From the IMG/VR virus record IMGVR_UViG_3300022225_001767: a stretch of 64,000 bases of DNA. One strand, written 5' to 3'. The notes below the pieces were generated by a model. The model made no database searches and was not told the DNA's origin. It was given only the letters and a program-made list of their open reading frames with translations. This DNA comes from a virus. Positions 10,633 to 19,992 of the stretch are shown here, in pieces. Numbering within the stretch: the stretch's first letter is position 1; each line of letters starts with the position of its first letter. A program made the translations under genes and the position numbers.

Positions 10633-10938
10633 ATGCCACTAACGCCAGCACAAAAACGCGCAACCGATCCAGTTCGTTCAGCATGGAAAGCAATGCCTAA
10701 CCACAAACTTATTCCTGCGCTGGAGTCTCGACTTGGAAAAGACGTTACCGTGCGCGTGTGTAACAGCACCAATCGCCATATCAAGGTTATCGGACCTGCA
10801 CGAACCGTTGAGCTTTACGCAACCACGGGACTGGTTAACTGCGCGCCACACAATAATCTGAAACCGTGCAAGTTTACTAATATGATGCCCTCACGTGCCA
10901 TTGAACGTGTAGCGACACTTGCCACGCAAGGCTGGTGA
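10633..10938 (+). CDS. Basic hypothetical protein
   Basis: After repeat 10576. Confidence 0.8.
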   Translation: MPLTPAQKRATDPVRSAWKAMPNHKLIPALESRLGKDVTVRVCNSTNRHIKVIGPARTVELYATTGLVNCAPHNNLKPCKFTNMMPSRAIERVATLATQGW

Positions 10939-11009
10939 TAACGTTTTGGCAACATTAACGCTGATGCACGCATCCAATGTGATGCACAACACTGACAACG
11001 AGGACTTAC

Positions 11010-11585
11010 ATGGATAGACTATCATTATCTATTAATGGCAAAACCATCAATGCCACGCTAATTAAATGGCAACACTTACGCTTCTATATTCAAGACGATG
11101 TTAACCTTAATGAGTTTGAAATCTACGCTCGCCGTGCGTCATCTGACGTGCCTAGCACCATGCATGTGACGACAAACACACTGCGCGAGCTTAATGCACT
11201 TGGCTTTGTTCCCGTTTACTTTGATATAGAAACGACAGAGCAACGTGGCACACAGCTATCCCTTGCGCTGGTGCATCAAGATGATTACTCATCTGCCCTT
11301 AGCGTCATCGATCGCACTTACGAACCTGACGGCCTCAGCAAATTTCACGCTCAGTTATCGGACATTGACGATTCGCTCGTTTTTAATGATGAGGTAAGCG
11401 AGTATATAGTCTGTATCACTAACGACAACTGTGACAAGGAATGGTTGCGCGTCGCCACACGTCTTTCTCTGTATGCAATGGAATACGATGCGGTGGTGAA
11501 AGCGCTAGGATACACTATCGACATTAATCCTGATAAAGAAGAGGTGAGCTTTACATCATTACCTCAATCAAAGCACTTGATTTAG
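11010..11585 (+). CDS. Hypothetical protein
   Basis: GAGGA RBS. Confidence 0.8.
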   Translation: MDRLSLSINGKTINATLIKWQHLRFYIQDDVNLNEFEIYARRASSDVPSTMHVTTNTLRELNALGFVPVYFDIETTEQRGTQLSLALVHQDDYSSALSVIDRTYEPDGLSKFHAQLSDIDDSLVFNDEVSEYIVCITNDNCDKEWLRVATRLSLYAMEYDAVVKALGYTIDINPDKEEVSFTSLPQSKHLI

Positions 11586-11632
11586 GTCATTGCTAAAGGT
11601 GTCGTTTATTAGTCACTTTGAGTTTCAGCATA

Positions 11633-11664
11633 AGAAAAGGCAGTTCGAAAGAACCGCCTTTTTT
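11633..11664. terminator. Bidirectional intrinsic terminator
   Basis: AAAAGGCAGTTC-GAAA-GAACCGCCTTTTTT between convergent genes. Confidence 0.8.
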
Positions 11665-11690
11665 GTATGTTAAGTGAGTTCTGTGGCGTG

Positions 11691-12038
11691 CTATTCGCTT
11701 CCTTCCAGCCTTGCGATTTTACGCTCTACTTGAGCTGGAGAGTTTTTGCCAGACGTACGAATACCTTTTTCTTCAAACACAATGTTTCTCACCTTGTTCA
11801 TGTTTGACGTTTCACCACGTCCAATGTTCATCTCAACATGGACTCGCTCAACCTCTTGGTATACGCGCAGGTCTTGATAGGCTTCAAGCAGGCTCGTTTT
11901 CAGCTTACGCCTATTCCATATCGCATTGGTTGTGATTAATAGCCCCACCAGCGCGACAAGTGAACCAAAAATGGTTGCCGTTGCTTGTATGAGCGATGAC
12001 AGGATGCGTGGCTCTTGGAGTAGTTGTTCAATGTTCAT
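11691..12038 (-). CDS. Single-pass membrane hypothetical protein
   Basis: After minus-strand repeat; N-terminal hydrophobic helix. Confidence 0.8.
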   Translation of the reverse strand: MNIEQLLQEPRILSSLIQATATIFGSLVALVGLLITTNAIWNRRKLKTSLLEAYQDLRVYQEVERVHVEMNIGRGETSNMNKVRNIVFEEKGIRTSGKNSPAQVERKIARLEGSE

Positions 12039-12050
12039 GGCTGTTACCTC

Positions 12051-12097
12051 GTTGTGTTGACGTAGTCAATTTTACTAAAATTAACATCATAAGTCAA
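12051..12097 (-). promoter_or_regulatory. Minus-strand copy of the promoter repeat
   Basis: TTGACT-N17-TAAAAT...GTCAACACAAC-GAGG upstream of ATG 12038. Confidence 0.85.
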
Positions 12098-12176
12098 CTT
12101 TTTTGAGGTTTTTGGTGTGAGCTATGAGGGTAAAACTCGCCCCAGAAAAAACGGGGCGAGGTATGAAATTGAGATG

Positions 12177-12938
12177 TTAGCGCGCGGCGCTCTTACGTCT
12201 TTTTAGACCGGCTAAAGACAACAACCCCAATCCCGCCATGACAGCGCCTGGCGCGCTTACATTGGCTAACCGGGCATTAGCATTATTCTCCACCAGGGAC
12301 ATATCTTCTTGCGTGGTCAATGTGGCGCCACCGTCAGCAACCAGGTAAACGCCCCGACTTGCTGCTGTTGCGTCTAACGTATATGACTCATGCGTGTAAT
12401 CAATATAGGAATACGAATAATACCGCGTTCGCTGCGTTGTCATCGGATCTTTGAACCAACGTACACCCGCCATATTCACATTGCCTTCATTAACATACAT
12501 GCCGTAGGAGTAATAGTCATGTTCTACATTCCATGACGAACCCGATATGCGCTTGTACGTCCACCCGAACTGAGCACTAAAATCGTCAACAATTTCTTGT
12601 ACTGCTGGTGAGCTTTCGCGGTTGTTGTAATAATAGCGAGATTGACTGGTGTCATATCCCGTTAAATCAGTCACAATATCCTGTACTTCAAGTGCCGTTG
12701 CAAAACGCCACCCGTCAAACAAACCGCCCTCGCCGAGCTCTGCACTCACCTGGTTAATTGACATCCCTTTTGTCTGGTCAAGCTTTAACCACTCTATCCC
12801 GGTGTCATAGTCAAGAAAAGCAAGCCCGTCACCTTCTGCCTTCCAGTCTAGCGGAATATAGTTTGCAGCGTTTGCACCACTTACCATTGCAATGGTTATT
12901 GCAAAAGCAGCAACACCTTTTTTGAAAAAATTTTTCAT
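12177..12938 (-). CDS. Secreted PEP-CTERM-like (exosortase-sorted) surface protein
   Basis: Signal peptide MKNFFKKG...ANA; C-terminal NVSAP-hydrophobic-KRRK. Confidence 0.8.
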   Translation of the reverse strand: MKNFFKKGVAAFAITIAMVSGANAANYIPLDWKAEGDGLAFLDYDTGIEWLKLDQTKGMSINQVSAELGEGGLFDGWRFATALEVQDIVTDLTGYDTSQSRYYYNNRESSPAVQEIVDDFSAQFGWTYKRISGSSWNVEHDYYSYGMYVNEGNVNMAGVRWFKDPMTTQRTRYYSYSYIDYTHESYTLDATAASRGVYLVADGGATLTTQEDMSLVENNANARLANVSAPGAVMAGLGLLSLAGLKRRKSAAR

Positions 12939-13197
12939 ACTTCTTCCCCACTTTACATTTGTATGTTTATCCTTAAATCGCCCCACTCCATGCAATGCTT
13001 ATGCCGCCTTTTTCACGCATTTAAAAGCGCACCCGCAGTCGTTCAGCGCCTTGTATATTCACACATTTACACTCCTTATGGATATACACCCACCAGTGTA
13101 AAACAACCTGACACTTGCAGCACCATAAAACAAACCATTGACACCCCACACAGACTGTGAGATACTAACATTGTCAACACAACAAGAGAACTTCGCT

Positions 13198-13506
13198 ATG
13201 AGCAAAACCAGACTTCAGAACATCTACACCACACGCCTTATCAGCAGCAACACAGATGGAAAGCGCGATGATGGCACCGTGGTTAAAATCAATTACCAGG
13301 TCGACCTGGTGACGGCTTTTGACAACTCACCAGGAGCGGATGACTATGATCCTGAAATTCCTATGCGAAGTGGGACCAAAATTAGAATCACATACCGCAC
13401 ACCTGAGTCTTTCCGAAACAAAGTGTTCTTTGCACTGAGAGAGCAAGCTGAACACGTCATCTCAGAGCTTCAAAACCCTAACAGTGATCTTTACGCCGCT
13501 GAGTAA
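13198..13506 (+). CDS. Hypothetical protein
   Basis: After repeat 13138. Confidence 0.8.
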   Translation: MSKTRLQNIYTTRLISSNTDGKRDDGTVVKINYQVDLVTAFDNSPGADDYDPEIPMRSGTKIRITYRTPESFRNKVFFALREQAEHVISELQNPNSDLYAAE

Positions 13507-13590
13507 AAGCGCCATTAAGTGCGTTATCATTGACAACGCACTCACATTGTGAGATGATACACGGGTCAACACAACAAAGAAGGTAATTCC

Positions 13591-13995
13591 ATGAATAGAC
13601 GTAATGTCATTGCACGTATCGACTGCCTAACATCAGACAGCTGCCCGCTAACCAAAGGCTTGCCTACCTATATCGAGGTAGAGGTCGCATTTAATGATGG
13701 CAGCGTTCCGCGTGCCCGTGGCGGTAAGCCACCCAAGCGTTATGAAGCCAATGCGCAGCTTAAGTCACGCGACGGCAGCTTTGTTAAAGCCTATGGCGGT
13801 AAAGGTGTCACTATGGGATTAAAGGAAGCGGCACGCTTTAGTGTTAAAACGCTTGAGTCCTTATCTCTGCCTAGCGCTGATGTTGAGAAGCTCGTTGCGC
13901 GCGTGTGTGAAATGAGTGGGCTCACACTCAGTGAAAAAGGCGAGGCTCAGATGGCTTATCTTAAAGACACTGAGGCTGCCAAAGAGACAGCCTAA
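13591..13995 (+). CDS. Hypothetical protein
   Basis: After repeat 13530. Confidence 0.8.
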   Translation: MNRRNVIARIDCLTSDSCPLTKGLPTYIEVEVAFNDGSVPRARGGKPPKRYEANAQLKSRDGSFVKAYGGKGVTMGLKEAARFSVKTLESLSLPSADVEKLVARVCEMSGLTLSEKGEAQMAYLKDTEAAKETA

Positions 13996-14014
13996 CGCTA
14001 CATTGTTGGCGTAA

Positions 14015-14173
14015 CTATACGTTACGCCGCCCTGCATACCCAACAGCCAAACCTAGCGCTGAAAGTGCGACAGGGGCTACTGTTTGTAGTTCGGGTAAAA
14101 ATAAAGCGATAAGTGATATTCCCAGCGCCACGGCACCACCGAACACGACGCCATATATTCCGTTAGTCATCAT
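14015..14173 (-). CDS. Small two-TM membrane protein (52 aa), absent from the ORF track
   Basis: AAGGAGG RBS; MMTNGIYGVVFGGAVALGISLIALFLPELQTVAPVALSALGLAVGYAGRRNV. Confidence 0.7.
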   Translation of the reverse strand: MMTNGIYGVVFGGAVALGISLIALFLPELQTVAPVALSALGLAVGYAGRRNV

Positions 14174-14299
14174 CCAACCTCCTTGTGAACATGATGTTAA
14201 TAATAGCAGATTATTTTATTTGTGATAGCCTTTTTATTTGACAACGCTCTCAGTTTTTGAGATACTAACCTTGTCAACACAGCAGCAGGATAAAACACC

Positions 14300-14689
14300 A
14301 TGAGCACTACCGTTCAAGCGTCAACCATTACCCCAGAGCAGGTTGCTTTCTTCATTGAACGCGCCAGTCAGGTTCGCACCTCTTTAACGCTATCAGCACG
14401 AGACGATGGCAAAAAGAACACTATCCGACTAAAACCCTTCCAGGATTTCACGGATGAAGGGGATGACAACGGAGAAGGTATCGATATTCTTGTCAATGGC
14501 AAAGAGGGTTTTGGACGCTTGCATTTAGTTGAAGATCCTGAGAACCCTAATGACGACATGCTGTCTGGCTCATGCCTTGGCTTTGATCTTGTCGTGTCAT
14601 GGAGAAAAGCCGATGAAGTGTGTGGCGCACTTGCCAATACGCTTGTCTCGACGCTTGACGGTGAATGGGCATTTAAAGGCTGCAACTGA
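14300..14689 (+). CDS. Hypothetical protein
   Basis: After repeat 14238. Confidence 0.85.
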   Translation: MSTTVQASTITPEQVAFFIERASQVRTSLTLSARDDGKKNTIRLKPFQDFTDEGDDNGEGIDILVNGKEGFGRLHLVEDPENPNDDMLSGSCLGFDLVVSWRKADEVCGALANTLVSTLDGEWAFKGCN

Positions 14690-14738
14690 GCCTTTTTATC
14701 TCCTAGCACCACGACTATTAACTAGAGGACATATCGGC

Positions 14739-15104
14739 ATGAATGAGCTTCGCATCCCACAGTGGTACCTTGCATTAGCAAGCACGCTACACCTTAACAT
14801 CGTTTTCCCTATCGCGATGGTTCTTGGTAGCGTGGTAGCCGGTCTCACGCTCACAGAGGCAATGAGTGGCTTCTTAGCAGGCACATTGGCTTTTACCTTC
14901 TTGATGCTTGCCTACACGCTCAACAAAGGGTATGGGCGTGGCAACATCATCACACGCGCTTTATTTACGTTGTGTGTGTTCTTGGAGGTGCCAGAGCACA
15001 ACGACAATAACGCGGGTCTTGCCTACTTCTTTATTTTTATTGCAACAGGGCTTGTTTTATTGCTCATCCAGCTCTCGTTGCTTGGTGCGCGCCTCATAGC
15101 ATAG
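14739..15104 (+). CDS. Membrane protein
   Basis: GAGGA RBS; several hydrophobic helices. Confidence 0.75.
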   Translation: MNELRIPQWYLALASTLHLNIVFPIAMVLGSVVAGLTLTEAMSGFLAGTLAFTFLMLAYTLNKGYGRGNIITRALFTLCVFLEVPEHNDNNAGLAYFFIFIATGLVLLLIQLSLLGARLIA

Positions 15105-15182
15105 CGCCACGCAACTCATTACACTCTATTTCCAACTAGCCTGCGGGCGTATCCGCAGGCGAATACACCAAGCGAGGTTTTT

Positions 15183-15431
15183 ATGGCAGCAACGGTTCTC
15201 TTTGTTTCACCCGAAGATGCTGAGGTGCTACGCAAGTACATGACGCCGGGAGACAGCAATCAAGGCATCGCGCTTATTTTTAGCAAAGAGGCGCAGACCG
15301 CGCTTGAGGATGCAGGCATAGAAGATGGCGAAACGGTCGATTATGACTTTGGCGGGGACGCAGACGCTTACGTTGAAACCGTCAACACCGTCACGCATCA
15401 CTTTGTGCTTTCGCAAAAAGACAACGCGTAA
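15183..15431 (+). CDS. Small acidic hypothetical protein
   Basis: GAGG RBS. Confidence 0.75.
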   Translation: MAATVLFVSPEDAEVLRKYMTPGDSNQGIALIFSKEAQTALEDAGIEDGETVDYDFGGDADAYVETVNTVTHHFVLSQKDNA

Positions 15432-15452
15432 GCGGCACTCAGCGCTCTAACA

Positions 15453-15477
15453 AAAAGACCCTAAAGGGTCTTTTTTT
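15453..15477 (+). terminator. Intrinsic terminator
   Basis: AAAAGACCC-TAAA-GGGTC followed by a T-run. Confidence 0.8.
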
Positions 15478-15478
15478 G

Positions 15479-15674
15479 TTGACTCTAGTTTGTTCGTTTG
15501 ATATATTTAAGTTGCTCCGATGGAGTGTAGGCCATACGACCTACGCCGCCCCTTTGGCCAAAATCGTAAGCAACATCTTTACCTATTCACCTGTGGTACG
15601 TTACATACAACGACATAACACCTTGGGTGCGATTGGGAACGGGGCACAAGCGCACCATTAATGAGGAATACCTT
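15479..15674 (+). promoter_or_regulatory. Box-less promoter with ~160 nt structured leader
   Basis: TTGACT-N17-TATATT; GTTGCT/AGCAAC closes an inner GTAGG/CCTAC hairpin; GGTGCG/CGCACC stem just before the RBS. Confidence 0.6.
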
Positions 15675-16646
15675 ATGTCATTACGTCAACAGATCGTGTC
15701 TAAATCACACATGCAGGGGCTACGAGACTCACTGCGAGAATCATTCTCCCCGAATAAGCTTGCTGTCCTGCTATCACACACCATTAATGATCCTGCTGTC
15801 CAGGCTGCAATGAGCAAAGCCATCGGTTCAAAAGGCGAGAGCAAGCTCGACGTGCGCGTCGCCGACGACATCACAGCCACCCTGCTTGGCTTTAATAACA
15901 CCCATGAAATGTTCGCGCATTACAATAGTGTGACGCATGTTCGTCGCTGGGAGTTTTTACACAAAAACAAACACGAAGACTATGCACCCGACTATTTGGT
16001 TGAAGTTGGCGTCCACTTTTCTGTACTTGATGCCATCGCCCTAGAGGACAACGATTTCGAACATGATCGCATTGATGAACGTTTTGAGCTCCTTGCTATG
16101 GATGAGGCCTACCCTGCCAGTGATGAAGATCTCGCAACCTGCATCACGTCAAAAAGCGATGCGCCTGCGGTTGTGTTATCGATGTCAAGAGATGGCCTGT
16201 TTGATGACATTAAAATGTCAGACAGCGCAATGGCGTCACAGGCATTCACCTTGCTCGAATCAATGATTTTAACCACAAGCGCCGGCATCCCCTTTGCACT
16301 GGATAGCGACGAGGTAATGAAACGCTACACGCTCTCTGATATGGCGATATTCTCGGTTTCCCAGGATGTCGTTGATAGCGAGCTAGACCTCCTGACCGTC
16401 TTTCTTGAAGAGGGGGTGCTGGAGGGGACAATCACCGTTCCACTACCAGCCGCATTGCTACCACTCGCGCCACTTTCAATCAGAGACGGCATGCATATCT
16501 ATACGTTACTGGATGGGTACACACTGCATTTTTCTCCGGCATCGATGATGTTCATCTTGGCGCACAACGACGCACCCTGCTTTGGCGGCGGCATACACCT
16601 CCATGAGGACGACCTTCGACGTCAGGCATTTACTGGCTTGGCGTGA
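15675..16646 (+). CDS. Hypothetical protein with helix-GFNN motif
   Basis: GAGGA RBS; DDITATLLGFNNTHEM; stop codon lies in the IS right end. Confidence 0.8.
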   Translation: MSLRQQIVSKSHMQGLRDSLRESFSPNKLAVLLSHTINDPAVQAAMSKAIGSKGESKLDVRVADDITATLLGFNNTHEMFAHYNSVTHVRRWEFLHKNKHEDYAPDYLVEVGVHFSVLDAIALEDNDFEHDRIDERFELLAMDEAYPASDEDLATCITSKSDAPAVVLSMSRDGLFDDIKMSDSAMASQAFTLLESMILTTSAGIPFALDSDEVMKRYTLSDMAIFSVSQDVVDSELDLLTVFLEEGVLEGTITVPLPAALLPLAPLSIRDGMHIYTLLDGYTLHFSPASMMFILAHNDAPCFGGGIHLHEDDLRRQAFTGLA

Positions 16647-18037
16647 ACTACCCAGCGACATCGCTTCGCTCTGATCACTGGGCTTCTACAGTCTAGCTTT
16701 GAAGCTAGGCCGCTTCTTTTTTCTCAGATCCAACAGCAAACTTCGATAGCTCGAAGGCTTTCGCTTTACTAGCTGATTTCTGCTGAGATATGGGGATTAC
16801 CCTTGCGACGATCCCAGCCGCAATTAAGTCTGTCTCACCTGTTTTTGCTATGCTTTTAGCCGCTGAGAAGTCGCGGTTTTGATACGTTCCGCAAGCAGTA
16901 CAGGTGAAATATCTATCGCTCAATGTTAAAACATGGCGTTGGCCGCATTCTGAACAAATCCCTGTGGATTTTTCAAAGCGACCAATTTCGTGATAGAGCT
17001 TACCTTCCAACTCAGCCTTGTATTTCGAGAGCTGGGTAATTAAGCCCATCACATTGTCAGCCACCATACTGCCGTTGAACTTTTGCATCGCTTTCACATT
17101 CAAATCCTCAAACACCAGAATATCAGTTTCATTGGCTATCTGTCGTGACACTTGATGTGCAAAGTCGAGTCTTTGCCGTGAGATTTTGCCGTGAAGCTTA
17201 TTGATGCGTTGCTTGGTCTTTTGCCAGCGATTAGACCCTTTCTTTCGCCTTGCAAGCTGGCGTTGCAAGTGGCTTAATTTCTCTTTTGATTGTTTTAAGA
17301 ACTTCGGGTTGTTGGCAGTAAAGCCATTTGAGCCCACTACCGTTTGCTTAGAGTTAATATCAAAACCTGTGATGCTTTCCAGTAGTTTTTTAGCGGCTTT
17401 ACATTCCACTTCTTGCGTAATGCTGCATTCCCATTTTCCATGACGATACTGGACAGTAACGGTCTTAATTTGGCTCACTAAGTCGCGGTGTAAGATGATG
17501 GGTATTTTACCCACTTTTGGGATGCTAATAGAGTCATTTTCAATGCGTATGCAATTGGAATTGTTCACCGCTCGAAAGCTGTCATTGTGAAGCTTCTTTC
17601 GCTTATAAGAGACTTTATGTTTTGGAAAACGTTGCAACCGACCTTTTGAAAAGGCGTTTTTTAGTGCTGTTTCCAGATCTCTTGCGACTTGCTGGGCTGC
17701 TGCTGAGTCAAACGCCTTTACCCAAGCAAACTCATCAAAAGACTTTAGTTCTTTGAGCAATGAAGCCATATCCCTGTAAAACAAGAACGTCTTATCGTAC
17801 TCGTATCGACGCATTGTTTCAGACAACAGCAGGTTCCAAATGCCACGGGCTGTTGCACCAAACTCAATGAGTCTAGCCTCCTGCTCCAGCGTTGGCTTAA
17901 GCCTGTAATTGTATCTGAGCGTCTTTTTCATATACTGTATAGATTACTGTATATAGTAGAGCTGTCAACCTGAATTTACCGATTCATCCCCGCGACATCA
18001 CTTCGTTCTGATCACGGGGTTTTCTCGGCAACATTAG
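16643..18037 (-). mobile_element. IS200/IS605-family element, tnpB only (non-autonomous)
   Basis: Related subterminal hairpins at ~16651-16683 and ~17988-18019; right end ...GTAGTTCAC; TTTAT next to the inferred left end; no tnpA. Confidence 0.8.
16705..17931 (-). CDS. tnpB: RNA-guided endonuclease TnpB
   Basis: N-terminal YRLKPT.EQ; RuvC GFDIN / FEDL / NRD; Zn finger CSEC..CTAC. Confidence 0.95.
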   Translation of the reverse strand: MKKTLRYNYRLKPTLEQEARLIEFGATARGIWNLLLSETMRRYEYDKTFLFYRDMASLLKELKSFDEFAWVKAFDSAAAQQVARDLETALKNAFSKGRLQRFPKHKVSYKRKKLHNDSFRAVNNSNCIRIENDSISIPKVGKIPIILHRDLVSQIKTVTVQYRHGKWECSITQEVECKAAKKLLESITGFDINSKQTVVGSNGFTANNPKFLKQSKEKLSHLQRQLARRKKGSNRWQKTKQRINKLHGKISRQRLDFAHQVSRQIANETDILVFEDLNVKAMQKFNGSMVADNVMGLITQLSKYKAELEGKLYHEIGRFEKSTGICSECGQRHVLTLSDRYFTCTACGTYQNRDFSAAKSIAKTGETDLIAAGIVARVIPISQQKSASKAKAFELSKFAVGSEKKEAA

Positions 18038-18106
18038 ATAAACGCACACGGCGCTTGCGTGGCACGTTCACTGTCACGCAATACGTAAACAACAAGGAAA
18101 TATATA

Positions 18107-18284
18107 ATGGTTAACTTTGATTTGGGTCCTAAAGGGGCCGAAGCAAGATGACAGCAAATGCAGAGACTTGTTTTGGGTCAATGCCCAAGGTGAATGGTGG
18201 TCTGAAAACGACCAAGAGTGGGTGCCAGCAGAGCGCTATGACGTAACGTGGCTGCAAACGATTGCCGCTAAGTACGCGGCATAA
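18107..18284 (+). pseudogene. Frameshifted small gene
   Basis: AAGGA RBS; MVNFDLGPKGAEAR* continues in a shifted frame as DDSKCRDLFWVNAQGEWWSENDQEWVPAERY..YAA*. Confidence 0.5.
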
Positions 18285-18397
18285 TAAATTAAGTTTTGAC
18301 TTTCGCTGTTTTTTTAGGAAAACATGAAAAAAACGTTGACAATAAACACAGGTTTTGCGATACTAATCCTGTCAACACAACAACGGAGTAACACTTT

Positions 18398-18748
18398 ATG
18401 TCAACACTGACTGCCTCACTTAAAACAGCAATCTTGGCTTCATGCGCAAGCATTCAAGCGCGTATGGACAACAACGACGACAGCACAAACATTGCGGGCG
18501 TGGATGCACTGTTCAAAGAAGCGGTAGAGGCCTCTCTTGAAAACCTTGCGGTAAACATTAAACGCGTCGATGATACCTTCATGGAGTGGGTCAATGCGAT
18601 GAATACCGTAGAGGCAATTGAGGCTGCTGAGGAAGAGGGTGACGACGATGTTGATGATATCGATGACGCTCACGAAGCAGTAGAGTTTACTCAGGGCGAG
18701 CTTGCTGATGCGCTGCGTGATTTGCGCAACGCCGTGGAAGCAATGTAG
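18398..18748 (+). CDS. Very acidic helical protein
   Basis: After repeat 18336; EEEGDDDVDDIDD. Confidence 0.85.
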   Translation: MSTLTASLKTAILASCASIQARMDNNDDSTNIAGVDALFKEAVEASLENLAVNIKRVDDTFMEWVNAMNTVEAIEAAEEEGDDDVDDIDDAHEAVEFTQGELADALRDLRNAVEAM

Positions 18749-18866
18749 TTATCGTTAGCGGGGAGATATTTATCTACAATAATCTCCCCACGCTTATAAA
18801 AAAACATTGACAATACACACAGCATTTGAGACACTAGCCCTGTCAACACAACAACGGAGCAACACC

Positions 18867-19358
18867 ATGATTTCAACCCTAACCAAAGCTGAATGCATCG
18901 ACGCGCTATCTCACTTTGATCGCGATGACATTGTTGTAGCAACATGCACGTTCGGTGACCGCGCTAGAACGATGCAGGCAGTACCACTGGGCGACCTTAC
19001 ATCTGGCTTTATCACCTCATCGAGCTACTCAGACTCTGGGTATGCCGTGGTTGAGGAGGGCGATGAAGATGACAGCGACACCCCTATTCACTTCTTCGAA
19101 CCGGGCGACGTCTCTGAACATATGACGGTAGGCGACTTTCTCGATAACCTAACGGGACTTGATGATGACGACCTTGTTGTCGCTGCGTGGAACTACGGAG
19201 ACCGCGGAAATACGATTCAGGCGATTGGTTTTAATGAGGTTAATGAGGTTTATCTTAACCGCAGCCCATCCTCGGACTCTGGCTACGCCGTAGTTGAGGA
19301 GGGGGATGAGGATGATGACGCAGTGCGCGCGCTGGTCATCAACTACGAGGCCCTTTAA
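18867..19358 (+). CDS. Very acidic protein with internal duplication
   Basis: After repeat 18807; GDR..T.QA...SDSGYAVVEEGDEDD occurs twice. Confidence 0.85.
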   Translation: MISTLTKAECIDALSHFDRDDIVVATCTFGDRARTMQAVPLGDLTSGFITSSSYSDSGYAVVEEGDEDDSDTPIHFFEPGDVSEHMTVGDFLDNLTGLDDDDLVVAAWNYGDRGNTIQAIGFNEVNEVYLNRSPSSDSGYAVVEEGDEDDDAVRALVINYEAL

Positions 19359-19430
19359 GTAACACTATGCGGGTGGCGATTTGCCACCCCTATCAAGACC
19401 TAACACAATCATCGTTCAACAGGAGCTATC

Positions 19431-19799
19431 ATGTCTCACGCATCAACGAACAATAAACAAAAAACAAACCGTGTTAACGTGGGGAAACTGTGGACAGCGC
19501 TGCGAGATAAACTGAATGCGCAATCGTCGCTATTGGCGATGAAGCTTGATGATGTGCTCAAAATGGAACAAAAACTTAATGCTGAAAACGGGGTCTGCGG
19601 CAGTGAGTACATCGCCAAAACCTCCCTGCTCTATCATATTGCGAGCCAGCCGTTAGGTAACATGAACTATAAGTTAGTAGGTCAGATGCGAGATAGCCTT
19701 ATCATTGTGCTTACACTCGTCTTAGCCACTAACCCTGAGAGCGATTACTTATCCGAATACGAAGGTGCCTTGGCAACCATTCTAATGAATCAAGGATAA
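19431..19799 (+). CDS. Hypothetical protein
   Basis: AGGAG RBS; lies just upstream of the candidate antisense RNA. Confidence 0.8.
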   Translation: MSHASTNNKQKTNRVNVGKLWTALRDKLNAQSSLLAMKLDDVLKMEQKLNAENGVCGSEYIAKTSLLYHIASQPLGNMNYKLVGQMRDSLIIVLTLVLATNPESDYLSEYEGALATILMNQG

Positions 19800-19845
19800 G
19801 GATAATGCGCCCTGATGCGTCAACCATCAGTATTGAACTTAAAGT

Positions 19846-19992
19846 CCCGGCACCTGTTGTTTTGTTGACGTAAAACGCCTTCGCCGGGCACCCTTTACGT
19901 CGGCGGCCTGTTGTGTTGACGCCTTCTCGCCGCCGACCCTCACATTGTTGTGACGACAACGCCCGTACCAGGTTATGCTGGCGGGCTTTTTT
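19846..19992 (+). ncRNA. Candidate multi-hairpin antisense RNA against the shared 5' leader
   Basis: Stems CCCGGC/GCCGGG and GTCGGCGGC/GCCGCCGAC enclose CCTGTTGTTTTGTTGACG and CTGTTGTGTTGACG (reverse complement of CGTCAACACAACAG); then a small third hairpin and an intrinsic terminator GCCCG..CGGGC-T6. Confidence 0.6.

Noticed and set aside
15675-16646. Gene truncated by the IS insertion
   Set aside because: The reconstructed empty site gives the same C-terminus (GCA TAA).
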